Source: an uncultured Solirubrobacterales bacterium (GTDB lineage Bacteria; Actinomycetota; Thermoleophilia; Solirubrobacterales; 70-9). Taken from it: a stretch of 64,000 nt of DNA. Positions 9,910 to 19,788 of the stretch are shown here, piece after piece. The stretch's first letter is position 1. Each line of letters starts with the position of its first letter. The stretch spans positions 1,014,235 through 1,078,234 of the forward strand of contig CAVRXM010000005.1 in NCBI GenBank assembly GCA_963725085.1, given 5' to 3'. The notes beneath the pieces were generated by a model. It searched no databases, was not told the DNA's origin, and saw only the letters and a list, made by a program, of their open reading frames with translations. A program made the position numbers and the translations under genes.

Positions 9910-12051
9910 CTACCTCCCCTCGGCGGTCGCGACCCGCTCGACGTCGAGCTGGGGCAGCCGACGCTCGAGCCAGTCGGGGATCCACCAGTTGCGGGGGCCG
10001 AGCAGCTGCATCACCGCCGGCACCAGCACCATCCGGACGACCGTGGCGTCGAAGAAGATCGCCGCGGCGAGCCCGATCCCGAACAGCTTCAGGAACACTT
10101 CCGGCGAGGCGACGAAGGCGAGGAAGACGACGACCATGATCGCCGCCGCAGCGGTGATCACGCGGGCCGTCTTCGCGAGGCCGTCGGCCACCGCCCGGCG
10201 GGTGTTGCCGTCCTTCAGATACTCCTCGCGGATCCGCGAGATCAGGAAGACCTCGTAGTCCATCGAGAGCCCGAACAGGATCGCGAACATCATCACCGGC
10301 ATGAATGGGGCTACCGGCACCTCGTGGTCGATCCCGATCAGGTTCCCGACCGCACCGCCCTGGGCGACGAGGGTCATCACCCCGTAGGCGGCCGATACCG
10401 AGAGCAGGTTCATCACCGCCGCCTTGAGCGAGATCAGCGGCGAGTGGAACGCGATCAGCAGCAGCAGGAACGAGAGCCCGACGACGCCGGCGATGAACAG
10501 CGGCATGCGGTCGACGATGTAGACGCTCTGGTCCTCGAGCGCCGCCGTCACGCCGCCGATCTCGGCGGTGACGCCGGTCCCGCCGAGCTCTTCCGGCACG
10601 ACGGTCCCGCGCAGGTGCTTGACGAGGTCGCGGGTCGCCGCGGCCTGCGGCGAGGTCGTCGGGATCACCGTGATCAGGGCCGCGTCGCCGGCTTCGTTGA
10701 AGCGCGGGGCGGGGACATAGGCGACACCTTCTTCTCCGCGGATCCGGCTGACGAGCGCGTTGACGTCACCCTTCGAGCTCGGTCCCGGCATTTCGGCCGC
10801 GATCACCAGCGGGCCGTTGGTCCCCGGGCCGAACCCTTCGGAGATCAGGTCGTAGGCCTTGCGGGTCATCGTGCTCGGCGGGTCGTTGCCGGCGTCGGGG
10901 AACCCGAGCCGCATCCCGAGCGCCGGAGCGGCGAGCGCGAGGAGCAGCGCCGTCGAGGCGATCGCCGCCGTCCACGGCCGCTTCTGGACCGCGTGGCTCC
11001 AGCGCCAGGCCAGCGATTCCTCGCTGCCTTCGGTCTTCTGGGCGCGGCCGAGGAACGGGATCCGCAGCCGGTCGACGCGTGGGCCGAGGTAGGAGAGCAG
11101 GGCCGGCAACAGGGTGATCGAGGCGATCATCACCACCAGCACCGCCATCGAGGCCGAGAGCGCGACCCCGTACATGTAGGAGAGGCCGGTCAGGAACAGG
11201 CCGAGGACCGCGATCACGACGGTGGAGCCGGCGATGATCACGCTGCGGCCGGCGGTGGTGACTGCCTCGACGACGGAGTCGTGGCGGCTCTTGCCGGCAT
11301 GGAGCGCTGCCCGGAACCGGGTCAACACCAGCAGCGAGTAATCGATCCCGACCCCGATCCCGATCAAGCCGGAGACGGCCGTCGTCCAGTCGGGGACGTC
11401 GATGACATTGGCGAGCAGCAGGATCAGACCGCCGGAGGTGATGCTGACGCCGACCAGCGCGATCGCGAGCGGCAGGCCGACCGCGACGAGCGAGCCGAAC
11501 GCGATCAGGAGGACTATCGCCGCGGCGATGAACCCGATCCCCTCCGGGCTCGCCCCTTCCTGGGCGCGGTAGATCGGGTCGCCGCCGAGCTGGATTTCGA
11601 GGCCGTCGCCGCTGTTCTTTTCGGCGGCGTCGACGAGCTGTTCGCCCTGTTCCTTCGTCATCTCCCAGCCGGGGACGGTCATCGGCAGCGTCGTCGTCGC
11701 GATCTTGCCGTCCTTGGAGACGCGGGTCGCGCCCGCCGGGCCGATGTTCTCGACCTTTTCGGCTTCGGCGAGGAACCTGTCGACGCGCCTGGTGGCGGCC
11801 GGGCTCTGGGCGCCGTCCGGAGCCTTCCAGACGACGTAGACTTCCTGGCCGGTGTAGCCGCCGAACTTTCGTTCAGTCAGGTCGCTTGCCGCCTTCGACT
11901 CCGAGCCGGGGGTGTTGTAGTCGGCTTCGTACTCGCCCTTGAGCGCCGAGCCGAGGCCGATCAGAACGACCAGGGCGCCGATCCAGGCGAGCACCACCGT
12001 GCCGCGTCGGCGATAGGAGAAGTCTGCGAGGCGAGTGAGGTGACGGGTCAT
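9910..12051 (-). CDS. MMPL family transporter
   Basis: Intact ORF. Two blocks of transmembrane helices separated by soluble loops, with MMPL/RND-type sequence throughout. Start chosen at MTRHLTRLADFSYRRRG. Confidence 0.85.
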   Translation of the reverse strand: MTRHLTRLADFSYRRRGTVVLAWIGALVVLIGLGSALKGEYEADYNTPGSESKAASDLTERKFGGYTGQEVYVVWKAPDGAQSPAATRRVDRFLAEAEKVENIGPAGATRVSKDGKIATTTLPMTVPGWEMTKEQGEQLVDAAEKNSGDGLEIQLGGDPIYRAQEGASPEGIGFIAAAIVLLIAFGSLVAVGLPLAIALVGVSITSGGLILLLANVIDVPDWTTAVSGLIGIGVGIDYSLLVLTRFRAALHAGKSRHDSVVEAVTTAGRSVIIAGSTVVIAVLGLFLTGLSYMYGVALSASMAVLVVMIASITLLPALLSYLGPRVDRLRIPFLGRAQKTEGSEESLAWRWSHAVQKRPWTAAIASTALLLALAAPALGMRLGFPDAGNDPPSTMTRKAYDLISEGFGPGTNGPLVIAAEMPGPSSKGDVNALVSRIRGEEGVAYVPAPRFNEAGDAALITVIPTTSPQAAATRDLVKHLRGTVVPEELGGTGVTAEIGGVTAALEDQSVYIVDRMPLFIAGVVGLSFLLLLIAFHSPLISLKAAVMNLLSVSAAYGVMTLVAQGGAVGNLIGIDHEVPVAPFMPVMMFAILFGLSMDYEVFLISRIREEYLKDGNTRRAVADGLAKTARVITAAAAIMVVVFLAFVASPEVFLKLFGIGLAAAIFFDATVVRMVLVPAVMQLLGPRNWWIPDWLERRLPQLDVERVATAEGR

Positions 12052-12073
12052 GCACTCTGTCCTTTCAAAGGGT

Positions 12074-12087
12074 GTGAAGTCCTTCAC
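12074..12087. promoter_or_regulatory. candidate MarR operator (inverted repeat GTGAAG-TC-CTTCAC) in the mmpL/marR divergent intergenic region
   Basis: 6-bp perfect arms in a locally AT-rich 100-bp spacer between divergent genes. Assignment to MarR is inference. Confidence 0.3.
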
Positions 12088-12138
12088 GGAAGAAACGATG
12101 TATACCAATAATGATTAGGCGATGTAATCAACTCGGTG

Positions 12139-12144
12139 TAATCT
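12139..12144 (+). promoter_or_regulatory. candidate -10 hexamer TAATCT for a leaderless marR transcript
   Basis: A TANNNT-type hexamer ends 7 nt before the ATG at 12152, with no Shine-Dalgarno sequence in between. Confidence 0.3.
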
Positions 12145-12151
12145 TCGTCAC

Positions 12152-12643
12152 ATGGGCAGCGCGCCGCTCGACGGCGACCGGGCTCCGTCCTCGGTCGCGT
12201 TCCTCCTCTCCCAGGTCGGGATCCTCGCCTCACAGCGCTTTGCAGCGCGGATCGCCGAGGTCGGCCTGCACCCACCCCAGTTCCGGGTGATGAACGTGAT
12301 CGATGCGGCCGAGGGCTGCTCCCAGCAGGCGATCGCCGAGGCGATCGGGGCGCCGCCGAGCCGGATGGTGGCGATCGTCGACGAGCTCGAACAGGCAGGA
12401 CTGGTCGAGCGCCGGCCCCACCCGAGCGACCGGCGGGTCCGCTGCCTCCATCTGACCGCGGCGGGCCGCAGGAAGCTCGGCCGCGGCCGCAAGATCGCCG
12501 GCGAGCACGAAGAGGAACTGATGCGGGGCCTGAGCCCCGCCGACCGCAAGCGGCTCGCCGACCTCCTGCGCCACGTCGTCGACGAGCAGGGAATCGGCAG
12601 CGGGGTCCATCCCGGGCTCAGCGAGTCCGGGAGCGGCCGTTAG
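12152..12643 (+). CDS. MarR family transcriptional regulator
   Basis: Intact 163-aa ORF with a winged-helix region: QFRVMNVIDAAEGCSQQAIAEAIGAPPSRMVAIVDELEQAGLVERRPHPSDRRVRCLHLTAAG. Confidence 0.85.
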   Translation: MGSAPLDGDRAPSSVAFLLSQVGILASQRFAARIAEVGLHPPQFRVMNVIDAAEGCSQQAIAEAIGAPPSRMVAIVDELEQAGLVERRPHPSDRRVRCLHLTAAGRRKLGRGRKIAGEHEEELMRGLSPADRKRLADLLRHVVDEQGIGSGVHPGLSESGSGR

Positions 12644-12921
12644 TCGGACTCGGCCGGCGGCTCGAGCTTCGCCGCCAGCTCGTCGAGGCGGAGCTCCTTC
12701 AGCCCCTCGCCGACGGCGTCGAGCTCCTCGGCGCAGTAACCGACCAGATCGCGGCCCTCGCGGCAGAGCTCGAGCGTCTCCCGCAGGCCCGCCTGTCCGG
12801 AGTCGAGCCGGTCGATGATCTCCTCGAGGCGCTCGACCGCGCCCTCGTACGAATCAGGCTTCACGGTCTCTCGCTCGCTTGAAGACAATTTCGCGCTTCG
12901 CTCATTCGCGTTCGTCATCAC
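12640..12921 (-). CDS. xseB: exodeoxyribonuclease VII small subunit
   Basis: SYEGAVERLEEIIDRLDSGQAGLRETLELCREGRDLVGYCAEELDAV. Lies directly downstream of xseA and overlaps it. Confidence 0.85.
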   Translation of the reverse strand: MMTNANERSAKLSSSERETVKPDSYEGAVERLEEIIDRLDSGQAGLRETLELCREGRDLVGYCAEELDAVGEGLKELRLDELAAKLEPPAESD

Positions 12922-14285
12922 CGGTGATCTCGCTCATTCGCTCCGCGCTCAGGCCGCGTCCGCCGCGGGCGGGTCGCACCTGCAGCTGGCCATCGGCGAA
13001 GCGGAGGTTAATCCGATCCTCGGCGCGTGCGGCCTCGGCGCTCGTCAGCGGCTCGCCGTCGGAGCTCTCGGCCAGCACGTAGCCGCGCTCCAGGGTGCGC
13101 TCGGGCTCGTGCGCCCGGAGCGCGACCTCGATCCTCTTCAGCGCCTCGCGACGACCCCCGAGTTCGGCGCCGGCCGCCCGGCGCCGCGCCCGCTCGAGGA
13201 CGACGACGGCGATCCGGCGCTGGAACGAGCAGCGCTCGGCGAGGCCGCGTTCGGAGGCGGCCCGGATCTCGCGCGTCCGCTGGTTCAGGGAGACCCGCTC
13301 ACGCCGCAGCGCCCGGGCCGGGCCGCGGGCGAGCGCCGCCAGGTGCCTGGCGCGGGCTCCCACCGCCCCGTCGGCGCCGCGCCGCAGTGACGCGGCCGAG
13401 CGCTCGAGGCCGCGGCGCGCGTCGAGGCAGTCGAGTGGCACAGCCGCCTCGGCGGCGTGGGTCGGGGTCGAGCAGGCGACGGCGGCGACATCGTCGATCA
13501 GGGTCGAGTCGCGCTCGTGGCCGACGGCGCTGATCACCGGCACCCGCAGCAGGGCGACGGTGCGGCAGAGGGTCTCGTCGCAGAACGCCCAGAGGTCGGC
13601 GAGGCTGCCGCCGCCGCGGGTGACGACGATCGCCTCGACCTCGGGGCGGGCTGCCAGATCGCGGATGGCGTCGCCGATCGCGGGCGCGGCGCGGCGGTCC
13701 TGGACGGGCGCGAAGGCCCAGACCACGGTCCCCTCCCAGCCGCGGCGGCGGAGCCCGGCGAGGAGGTCGCGGCGGGCGGCGCCGCGCTCGGCAGTGACGA
13801 CGCCGAGCGTTCTCGGCAGCAGCGGCCGCGCCAGTTGCTTCTGGAGCTCGAACAGGCCCTCGGCCCGAAGCTGCTTGCGGAGCGCCTCGAGGCGGGCGAG
13901 CAGGTCCCCCTCCCCCGCCAGCCGCACGTGGGTCGCGCGGAACGAGAAGCTCGGGCGAGGCCTGGGCGCCGCCCGGGTAATAGTCAGGCCCGCCGGCGAT
14001 CACTACTTCGACCCCATCGCGCAGGCCGTCCTCCGGCAGGCCCGCCCGCTCGAGGTCGTCGAGCCAAATCGCGCAGGGGACCGCGCCCTCGGCGTCGCGC
14101 AGCTCGAAGTAGGCCTGGACCCTGCTGCGGCTGACCCCGGTCACCTCGCCGACGAGCCTCACCCGCGCCCGACGGCGGAGCTCTTCCTGCAGCTTGCGGG
14201 CATAGCGGCCGACCGCGAACGGGCCCGGCAGCTCCGGCTCCTGGGTCTCCGATTTCTGCGGCGCGGGCCTGCCCGCGTCCGTCAT
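12902..14285 (-). pseudogene. xseA: exodeoxyribonuclease VII large subunit, one frameshift near 13940
   Basis: The N-terminal OB-fold part MTDAGRP...PFAVGRYARKLQEELRRRARVRLVGEVTGVSRSRVQAYFELRDAEGAVPCAIW is in one frame. The catalytic part ...LPRTLGVVTAERGAARRDLL...IVVTRGGGSLADLWAFCDE is in the 12902-13927 ORF. Confidence 0.85.
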
Positions 14286-14620
14286 CCGGCCCGCTTCCAG
14301 CGGCGTGCCCAGGTTCGGAGCTCGTCGATCGCCGGCCCGAGTTCGGTGCCGGCGGCGGTCAGCGAGTAGGTGACCCTGACGGGCGTTCCCGGCTCGACGT
14401 CGCGTTCGACGAGTCCCTCTTCCTCGAGCTCGCGGAGGCGGCGCGATAGGAGCCGGTCGGAGAGACCGGGCACCGCCTTGACCAGCTCGCCGAAGCGTTG
14501 CGGCCGTTCGGCGAGGACACAGACGATCGCCCCGGTCCATCGCTTGCCGATCAGCTCGATCGCGGCATGGAAATGCGGGCAGACCCCGGCGGGCCCCTCT
14601 GTGGCGCGTGTCGCCTCCAC
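14282..14620 (-). CDS. HxlR family transcriptional regulator
   Basis: CPHFHAAIELIGKRWTGAIVCVLAERPQRFGELVKAVPGLSDRLLSRRLRELEEEGLVERDVEPGTPVRVTYSLTAAG. GTG start at 14620 chosen; the upstream part of the ORF is low-complexity Arg/Pro. Confidence 0.8.
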   Translation of the reverse strand: MEATRATEGPAGVCPHFHAAIELIGKRWTGAIVCVLAERPQRFGELVKAVPGLSDRLLSRRLRELEEEGLVERDVEPGTPVRVTYSLTAAGTELGPAIDELRTWARRWKRAG

Positions 14621-14688
14621 CTCGCCTTCCAGCTTACTGAACGTAAGTGACGGGCCTTGACGGTCCCTGCGCCTGGTTGGATTTAGCC

Positions 14689-15831
14689 ATGACAGCGCTC
14701 GACTGGGGCATCGTCGCCTTCGCCATCGCGATGGGCATCTGGGGCTATCGCCAGGGGCTGATCGTCGGCGCCCTGACCCTGGCGGGGTTCTTCGTCGGCG
14801 CCTTCGCCGGCAGCCGGCTGGGGCCGCTGCTGCTGAGCGGCGGCTCGGAGTCCCCCTACGCGCCGCTGTTCGCCGCAATCGGGGCGCTCCTGGTCGGGGC
14901 GCTGGTCGCGTTCACCCTCGAGGGAATCGCCCTCAGCCTGCGCGAGCGGCTGATCAGGGGGCGGGCCCTGGACGCGCTCGACGGAATCGGCGGGGCGGCG
15001 CTGATCGTCGCCGCCGCCCTCGGGCTTGCATGGGTGTTCGGCGCCGCCGCCCTCCACACCCCCGGCACCGCGCAGCTTCGGGCCGACGTCCAGCGCTCGG
15101 TGATCCTCCGCAACCTCAACGACCTCCTGCCGCCCTCGGGCCCGGTCCTGCACGCCCTCAGCAGGGTCGACCCCGCGCCGACGATCGCCGGCCCGACCGG
15201 GCCGGTGGCGCGGCCCGATCCCGCCGTCCTCGACGCCCCCGCCGTGATCGCGGCGCGGCGCTCGGTCGTCCGGGTTCTCGGGACCGCGTGCGGCCTCGGG
15301 GTCGAGGGCTCGGGTTGGGTCGGCGCGCCGGATCTCGTCGTCACCAACGCCCATGTCGTCGCCGGCGAGGACGATACGACGGTAACGACCGAGGCCGGCG
15401 CCTCGCTCGACGCGACGCCGGTCAACTACGACCCGGGCAACGACCTCGCGATCCTCCGGATCGACGCCCCGGTTCCCGCGCTCGAGATCGCCACAAGTCC
15501 GAGGCGCGGCACCGCCGGCGCCCTGCTCGGCTATCCCGAAAACGGCCCCTACACGGCGACGCCGGCCCGCCTCGGCGACACCACGACCCTGCTCAGCGAC
15601 GACTCATATGGCCGCGGGCCGATCCAGCGCCGTCTCGCGTTCCTGCGCGGAACCGTCCACAGCGGAAACTCCGGCGGGCCGCTGGTCGACTCCGCCGGCC
15701 GGGTCATGGCGACGGTGTTCGCATCGACCACAACCGCCCCGGTCGGGGGCTTCGCGATCCCCAACGACCTGGTGCTGAGGGCCCTCGCCGACGCCGCCTC
15801 GCCGGTCGACACCGGAGCCTGCACGGGCTAG
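14689..15831 (+). CDS. MarP-like membrane serine protease (CvpA-type TM domain plus trypsin-like S1 domain)
   Basis: N-terminal TM helices MTALDWGIVAFAIAMGIWGYRQGLIVGALTLAGFFVG; C-terminal VVTNAHVVAG, NDLAILRI and SGNSGGPLVD catalytic-triad contexts. Confidence 0.8.
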   Translation: MTALDWGIVAFAIAMGIWGYRQGLIVGALTLAGFFVGAFAGSRLGPLLLSGGSESPYAPLFAAIGALLVGALVAFTLEGIALSLRERLIRGRALDALDGIGGAALIVAAALGLAWVFGAAALHTPGTAQLRADVQRSVILRNLNDLLPPSGPVLHALSRVDPAPTIAGPTGPVARPDPAVLDAPAVIAARRSVVRVLGTACGLGVEGSGWVGAPDLVVTNAHVVAGEDDTTVTTEAGASLDATPVNYDPGNDLAILRIDAPVPALEIATSPRRGTAGALLGYPENGPYTATPARLGDTTTLLSDDSYGRGPIQRRLAFLRGTVHSGNSGGPLVDSAGRVMATVFASTTTAPVGGFAIPNDLVLRALADAASPVDTGACTG

Positions 15832-15859
15832 CGGAGCCAGGAAGTACATTCCCCGCACA

Positions 15860-17593
15860 GTGAGCAACCTCCCGCCCGAGGTGGCGCGGCGCCGCCGTCT
15901 GGTCACCCGCATGGTCCCCCTCTCAGTCGTCGCCGCGGTTGCCTTCATCCTCGGCGCGATCTCGGGAGTGCCCGGGTCGCCGGCGAAGGATGCCGCCGGC
16001 AGCTTCGTCGAAGCCTGGGGCCGCAAGGACTTCGTCGCCATGTACCGGGAGCTGAACGAAGAATCGCGGAGCCGGGTCTCGGCCGACGAATTCGCCAAGG
16101 CCTACCGCGAAGCGACCGAGACGGCGACCCTGCGGGGGGTGAGCGGCGAGGGCGCCGGCGATCCCGAGGAACGGGACTCCACCGAGGTCGTCCCCGTCCC
16201 GATCACCGCACGGACGGTTGCCTTCGGTACCGCCGAAAAGGACCTCGAGGTCCCCTACGAGGACGGCGGCATCGCCTGGGACCCGAGCCTGGTGTTTCCC
16301 GGCCTGCGCAGGGGAGAGCACCTCGAGGCCAGAATCGAACTGGCGCCGCGGGCGCCGATCCTCGCGGCGAACGGGGAAACGCTCGCCGAAGGCCCGGCCG
16401 AAGCGCGTGAACACCCGCTCGGCAGCGCGATGATCGACGTCACCGGGGAAATCGGGATGGCCGAAGAAGACGAACTCCCGACCCTCGCCCGCCGCGGCTT
16501 CCCGCCGGGGACGCCGGTCGGGATAAGCGGCGTCGAGCAGGCCTTCAACGCGCGCCTCGCGGGACGGCCCGGGGGGACCCTGCTCGCGGTCGCCGACAAC
16601 GGCGGCTCCGCCAGGGTGATCGCCGGGGCGGCGCCGAAGCCGGGCTCCCCGGTGAAGACGACGATCGACCCCGACCTCCAGCAGTCGGCCGTGACCGCCC
16701 TCGCCGGCCGCTCCGGCGGGGTGGCGGTGCTCGACCCCGACAACGGCGACATCCGGGCGCTCGCCGGGCAGGCGTTCTCCGCCCCCCAGCCGCCCGGCTC
16801 CACCTTCAAGATGCTGACGACGATAGCCGCGCTGCAGAAGGGGGTCGTCTCGCTCGACGACAGCTTCGAAATCACCAACGGCGCCAACGTCGGCGGTCGC
16901 TTCATCAGCAACGCCAACGGCGAGTACTGCGGCGGCACATTCAGGGAAGCCTTCGCCGAGTCCTGCAACGCCGACTTCGCGCCGCTCGGGCCGAAGATCG
17001 GCAACGACGACTTCGTCGCCGCCGCCGAACGGTTCGGGTTCAACTCGCCGCCCAGCCTCTACGACAACCGGGTCCTCGAAGAAATCGAACCGGAAGAACC
17101 GACGATCCCGACTGAAATCGGCGAAGAAGTCGACCTCGGGGTGACCGCGATCGGCCAGGGGGAAGTGCTGGCGACGCCGCTGATGATGGCGAGCATCGCC
17201 CAGGCGATCGCCAACGACGGCGTCCTCGAGCCGACGTCGCTGGTCCTGAACAAGAAGCTGCGCCCCGAGAGGAAGCCGGTCCGGGTGATGTCGAAGAAGA
17301 TCGCCGACGAGCTGACCGAACTGATGATCGGCGTCGTCACCGAAGGGACCGGCTATGCCGGGGCGATCCCGGAGGGCCAGGTCGCGGGCAAGACCGGGAC
17401 CGCCGAGCTCGGGCCGGTGCCCGGCCAGGAGAACTCGCCGGAACCGGAGCAGATCAAGGATGCCTGGTTCGCCGCCTTCGCCCCCGCCGAAGACCCCAAG
17501 CTCGTGGTCGGGGTGCTGCTGATCGAAGCCGAAGCGGCGGGCGGCGAAGTGGCTGCGCCGGCGGCCTCGCAGATCCTCTCCGCCGGTCTCTAG
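15860..17593 (+). CDS. penicillin-binding protein (class B-type transpeptidase)
   Basis: Intact 577-aa ORF (GTG start) with an N-terminal membrane anchor. Carries the SxxK (GSTFKM), SxN (SCN) and KTGT motifs. Confidence 0.85.
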   Translation: MSNLPPEVARRRRLVTRMVPLSVVAAVAFILGAISGVPGSPAKDAAGSFVEAWGRKDFVAMYRELNEESRSRVSADEFAKAYREATETATLRGVSGEGAGDPEERDSTEVVPVPITARTVAFGTAEKDLEVPYEDGGIAWDPSLVFPGLRRGEHLEARIELAPRAPILAANGETLAEGPAEAREHPLGSAMIDVTGEIGMAEEDELPTLARRGFPPGTPVGISGVEQAFNARLAGRPGGTLLAVADNGGSARVIAGAAPKPGSPVKTTIDPDLQQSAVTALAGRSGGVAVLDPDNGDIRALAGQAFSAPQPPGSTFKMLTTIAALQKGVVSLDDSFEITNGANVGGRFISNANGEYCGGTFREAFAESCNADFAPLGPKIGNDDFVAAAERFGFNSPPSLYDNRVLEEIEPEEPTIPTEIGEEVDLGVTAIGQGEVLATPLMMASIAQAIANDGVLEPTSLVLNKKLRPERKPVRVMSKKIADELTELMIGVVTEGTGYAGAIPEGQVAGKTGTAELGPVPGQENSPEPEQIKDAWFAAFAPAEDPKLVVGVLLIEAEAAGGEVAAPAASQILSAGL

Positions 17594-18144
17594 AGATCGA
17601 GTTTGACTTCGGCAGGCCCGCCGGGGCCGGGGATTTCGAGCGTCAACGGCCGGTTCTCGGAGGCCGCTGCCGGCAGTTCGAATAGGACGACCGAACCCTC
17701 GATCGGCCCCTGTTGCGGGGTCGAGTCGAGGACCGGGATCTGTTCCTGAGGTTCGACTTCGCCACCGATCGGCAGCGCGTAGAGGCTCTTGCTCTCGAGC
17801 GCTTCGTAGGTTTCATCCTCGGAGTCCTTGATCGTGAACGAGTCGGCGAGCGTCTGCGAGTCTTCGCTTTCGTTCTGGACCATGAAGAAGACGCCGAAAT
17901 AGGTCGAGCCTTTGGGCGGCGGCTCCGGCTGCCCGACCAGGTAGGCGGAGTCCTCGCTGTCGTTCGAGTTGAGGAAGCGGGAGAAGATGACGGTGTACTG
18001 CAGCTCGCCGAGCGTCACCGTTTGCCCCTCGACCACGTTCGTGTCGCCCTCGCTGGAGTAGCCGCAGGCGGACACGGCGGCGGCGACCGCGACGAGAAGG
18101 ATCGCGGCGCTCAGCGGCAGCAGGAGCTTGCGGATGCGGGCCAT
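17590..18144 (-). CDS. DUF4352-type lipoprotein
   Basis: Signal peptide with lipobox LLVAVAAAVSAC, followed by a beta-rich domain. GC is somewhat lower than the surroundings. Confidence 0.65.
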   Translation of the reverse strand: MARIRKLLLPLSAAILLVAVAAAVSACGYSSEGDTNVVEGQTVTLGELQYTVIFSRFLNSNDSEDSAYLVGQPEPPPKGSTYFGVFFMVQNESEDSQTLADSFTIKDSEDETYEALESKSLYALPIGGEVEPQEQIPVLDSTPQQGPIEGSVVLFELPAAASENRPLTLEIPGPGGPAEVKLDL

Positions 18145-18173
18145 CAGCGGTGCGTGAGTCTATATAGACCGGT

Positions 18174-18713
18174 TCAGGGAATGCCGGTGGCGTGGGGGTT
18201 GCCGCCGGCGACCGCGACCGGCCCGGTTTCGCCGGCGCCGGACTCGAGGTTGTCGCGGAGCCGGCTCATCGCCTCGCGCCAGCCGCGCTCGAGCCAGACG
18301 GAGGCCATCCCGACCGAGTCGATCGCCCTGTCGAGTGGGTTCGAGGGCTCGGTCCAGAACGAAACGCGGACGGTGATCAGCGACCCCGGTCCCTCGAGCA
18401 GCTCCCAGACGGTCGTCGAAGGGATCCTGTTGACGCGGCCGCCGCGGCCGTGCTCGACGATCCGCTGCGGCTCGGAGACCTCGGTGATCGTCGTATCCAT
18501 CCAGAGGTGGCGCGGCGGCGTCTGGAAGCGGAAGCGGGCTCCGGCGCCGACGCCGACCGGGTCGATCCTGGTCAGATGCAGGTCGGAGATGAAATGGTCG
18601 GTGAACGAAGGGCGGCGACTGAGGTCACAGAGCTCGGCGAACGCCACCTGGCGGGGAACGTCGATCTCGACCGCGGCGCTGACTGGACCCATTGCGATCG
18701 GGATTTTATGCAA
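18174..18713 (-). CDS. SRPBCC family protein (polyketide cyclase/dehydrase-like fold)
   Basis: Intact 179-aa ORF: VSAAVEIDVPRQVAFAELCDLSRRPSFTDHF...RIVEHGRGGRVNRIPSTTVWEL. Confidence 0.65.
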   Translation of the reverse strand: MHKIPIAMGPVSAAVEIDVPRQVAFAELCDLSRRPSFTDHFISDLHLTRIDPVGVGAGARFRFQTPPRHLWMDTTITEVSEPQRIVEHGRGGRVNRIPSTTVWELLEGPGSLITVRVSFWTEPSNPLDRAIDSVGMASVWLERGWREAMSRLRDNLESGAGETGPVAVAGGNPHATGIP

Positions 18714-18814
18714 GCGGGCCGGGGGCGCGATACGATCCTCGCCCCAGCCGCAGTTAGGAGGAGTCCATCTTCAGCACCGCCAGAAGGACGTCCGAAAGCC
18801 TGTCCACGGGTGCG

Positions 18815-19330
18815 ATGCCCGGAGCCGGAACATTCTTCTGCCTCAAGTGCGGGACCCAGGTGTGCCTGCAGGAGGACGACGCCATGCCCCATTGTGCGCG
18901 CTGTCGGGGGACCTCGTTCCGCCGCGACTCGATCTTCGAGCCGATGCAGGAGCACGGGACGCAGACTCTTGAATTCCCGGCGCCGGGGCAGGACCTGCCA
19001 TCGGGCTGGCTCGAGGAGGCGCGCGAGGCCCTCCCCGGCGCGGGGCGCTACCTGGTCGGACGCGGCGAGGACGCGATCCGGGTCTTCCAGGTCAAGGAGG
19101 GCTGGACCCGGATCGGTCGCAGCATCGCCGCCGACATCCGTCTCGACCATCCCAGCGTCTCCCGCCGCCACGCTCTGGTCATCTCCGAACCCGATGCCTC
19201 GCTGCGAGTGCTCGACGACCGCAGCCTCAACGGGGTCTTCGTCAACGGCGACGAGATCGATTGGGGCAAGCTCGAGGACGGCGACGAGCTTCGGATCGGC
19301 CGCTACCAGCTGTTCGTGCTCGAAGCCTGA
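18815..19330 (+). CDS. FHA domain protein with N-terminal CxxC...CxxC zinc ribbon
   Basis: FFCLKCGTQV...HCARCRG, then an FHA core: RIGRSIAADIRLDHPSVSRRHALVI...VLDDRSLNGVFVNGDEI...LEDGDELRIGRYQLFV. Confidence 0.85.
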   Translation: MPGAGTFFCLKCGTQVCLQEDDAMPHCARCRGTSFRRDSIFEPMQEHGTQTLEFPAPGQDLPSGWLEEAREALPGAGRYLVGRGEDAIRVFQVKEGWTRIGRSIAADIRLDHPSVSRRHALVISEPDASLRVLDDRSLNGVFVNGDEIDWGKLEDGDELRIGRYQLFVLEA

Positions 19331-19339
19331 ACGTCGCCG

Positions 19340-19633
19340 CTAGCGCGACCGCGCGAAGAGGTCCGCGATCGCCCGCACCTCGCGCAGGAGCCCGTCGAGC
19401 ATCGCCTCGGTGTTGGTGTGGATCCGCCATTCCGCGTAGCGCCGATCCTGCTCGGCGGCGTCGAGGCGCTCCTCGAGCTTGCGGGTCCGCCGCTCGACCC
19501 GGTCGATCGACTTCTCCAGACGCTTCTCGCTCTTTCGGACCCGGCGCTTGACGTACTCGCGGGTCTCCTCGCGGATCGAGTCCAACTCGCGCCGCAGGGC
19601 GGCGTCGTCTCCTCCGGCCTGCTCGGCCATCAT
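19340..19633 (-). CDS. small coiled-coil protein, unknown function (may extend upstream to about 19807 if a frameshift is repaired)
   Basis: 97-aa charged heptad-like sequence. The same frame stays open upstream (PGDPGEPIPLSASPAISEAAERARERLHEEIERVRVGVEE). An ATG-initiated MADQDPRSPGSPGSPGSAR ORF lies one frame off. Confidence 0.5.
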   Translation of the reverse strand: MMAEQAGGDDAALRRELDSIREETREYVKRRVRKSEKRLEKSIDRVERRTRKLEERLDAAEQDRRYAEWRIHTNTEAMLDGLLREVRAIADLFARSR

Positions 19634-19755
19634 CTCCTCGACCCCGACGCGGACCCGCTCGATCTCCTCGTGCAGGCGTTCGCGTGCCCGCTCCGCCGCC
19701 TCCGATATCGCCGGCGACGCCGATAGCGGGATCGGCTCCCCCGGATCACCGGGCG

Positions 19756-19788
19756 CTGCCGGGACTGCCGGGACTGCCGGGACTGCGC
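19756..19788. repeat. 9-bp tandem repeat CTGCCGGGA, about 3.5 copies
   Basis: Read directly from the sequence. On the minus strand it encodes SPG or PAV repeats depending on frame. Confidence 0.8.

Noticed and set aside
10324-12111. 595-aa forward ORF
   Set aside because: It is antisense to the intact MMPL transporter gene and has an Asp/Arg/Gly-rich composition with no recognisable domain.
19756-19788. Possible CRISPR-like repeat
   Set aside because: The units are 9 bp and directly tandem with no spacers, and there are no cas genes in the window. It is a simple tandem repeat.
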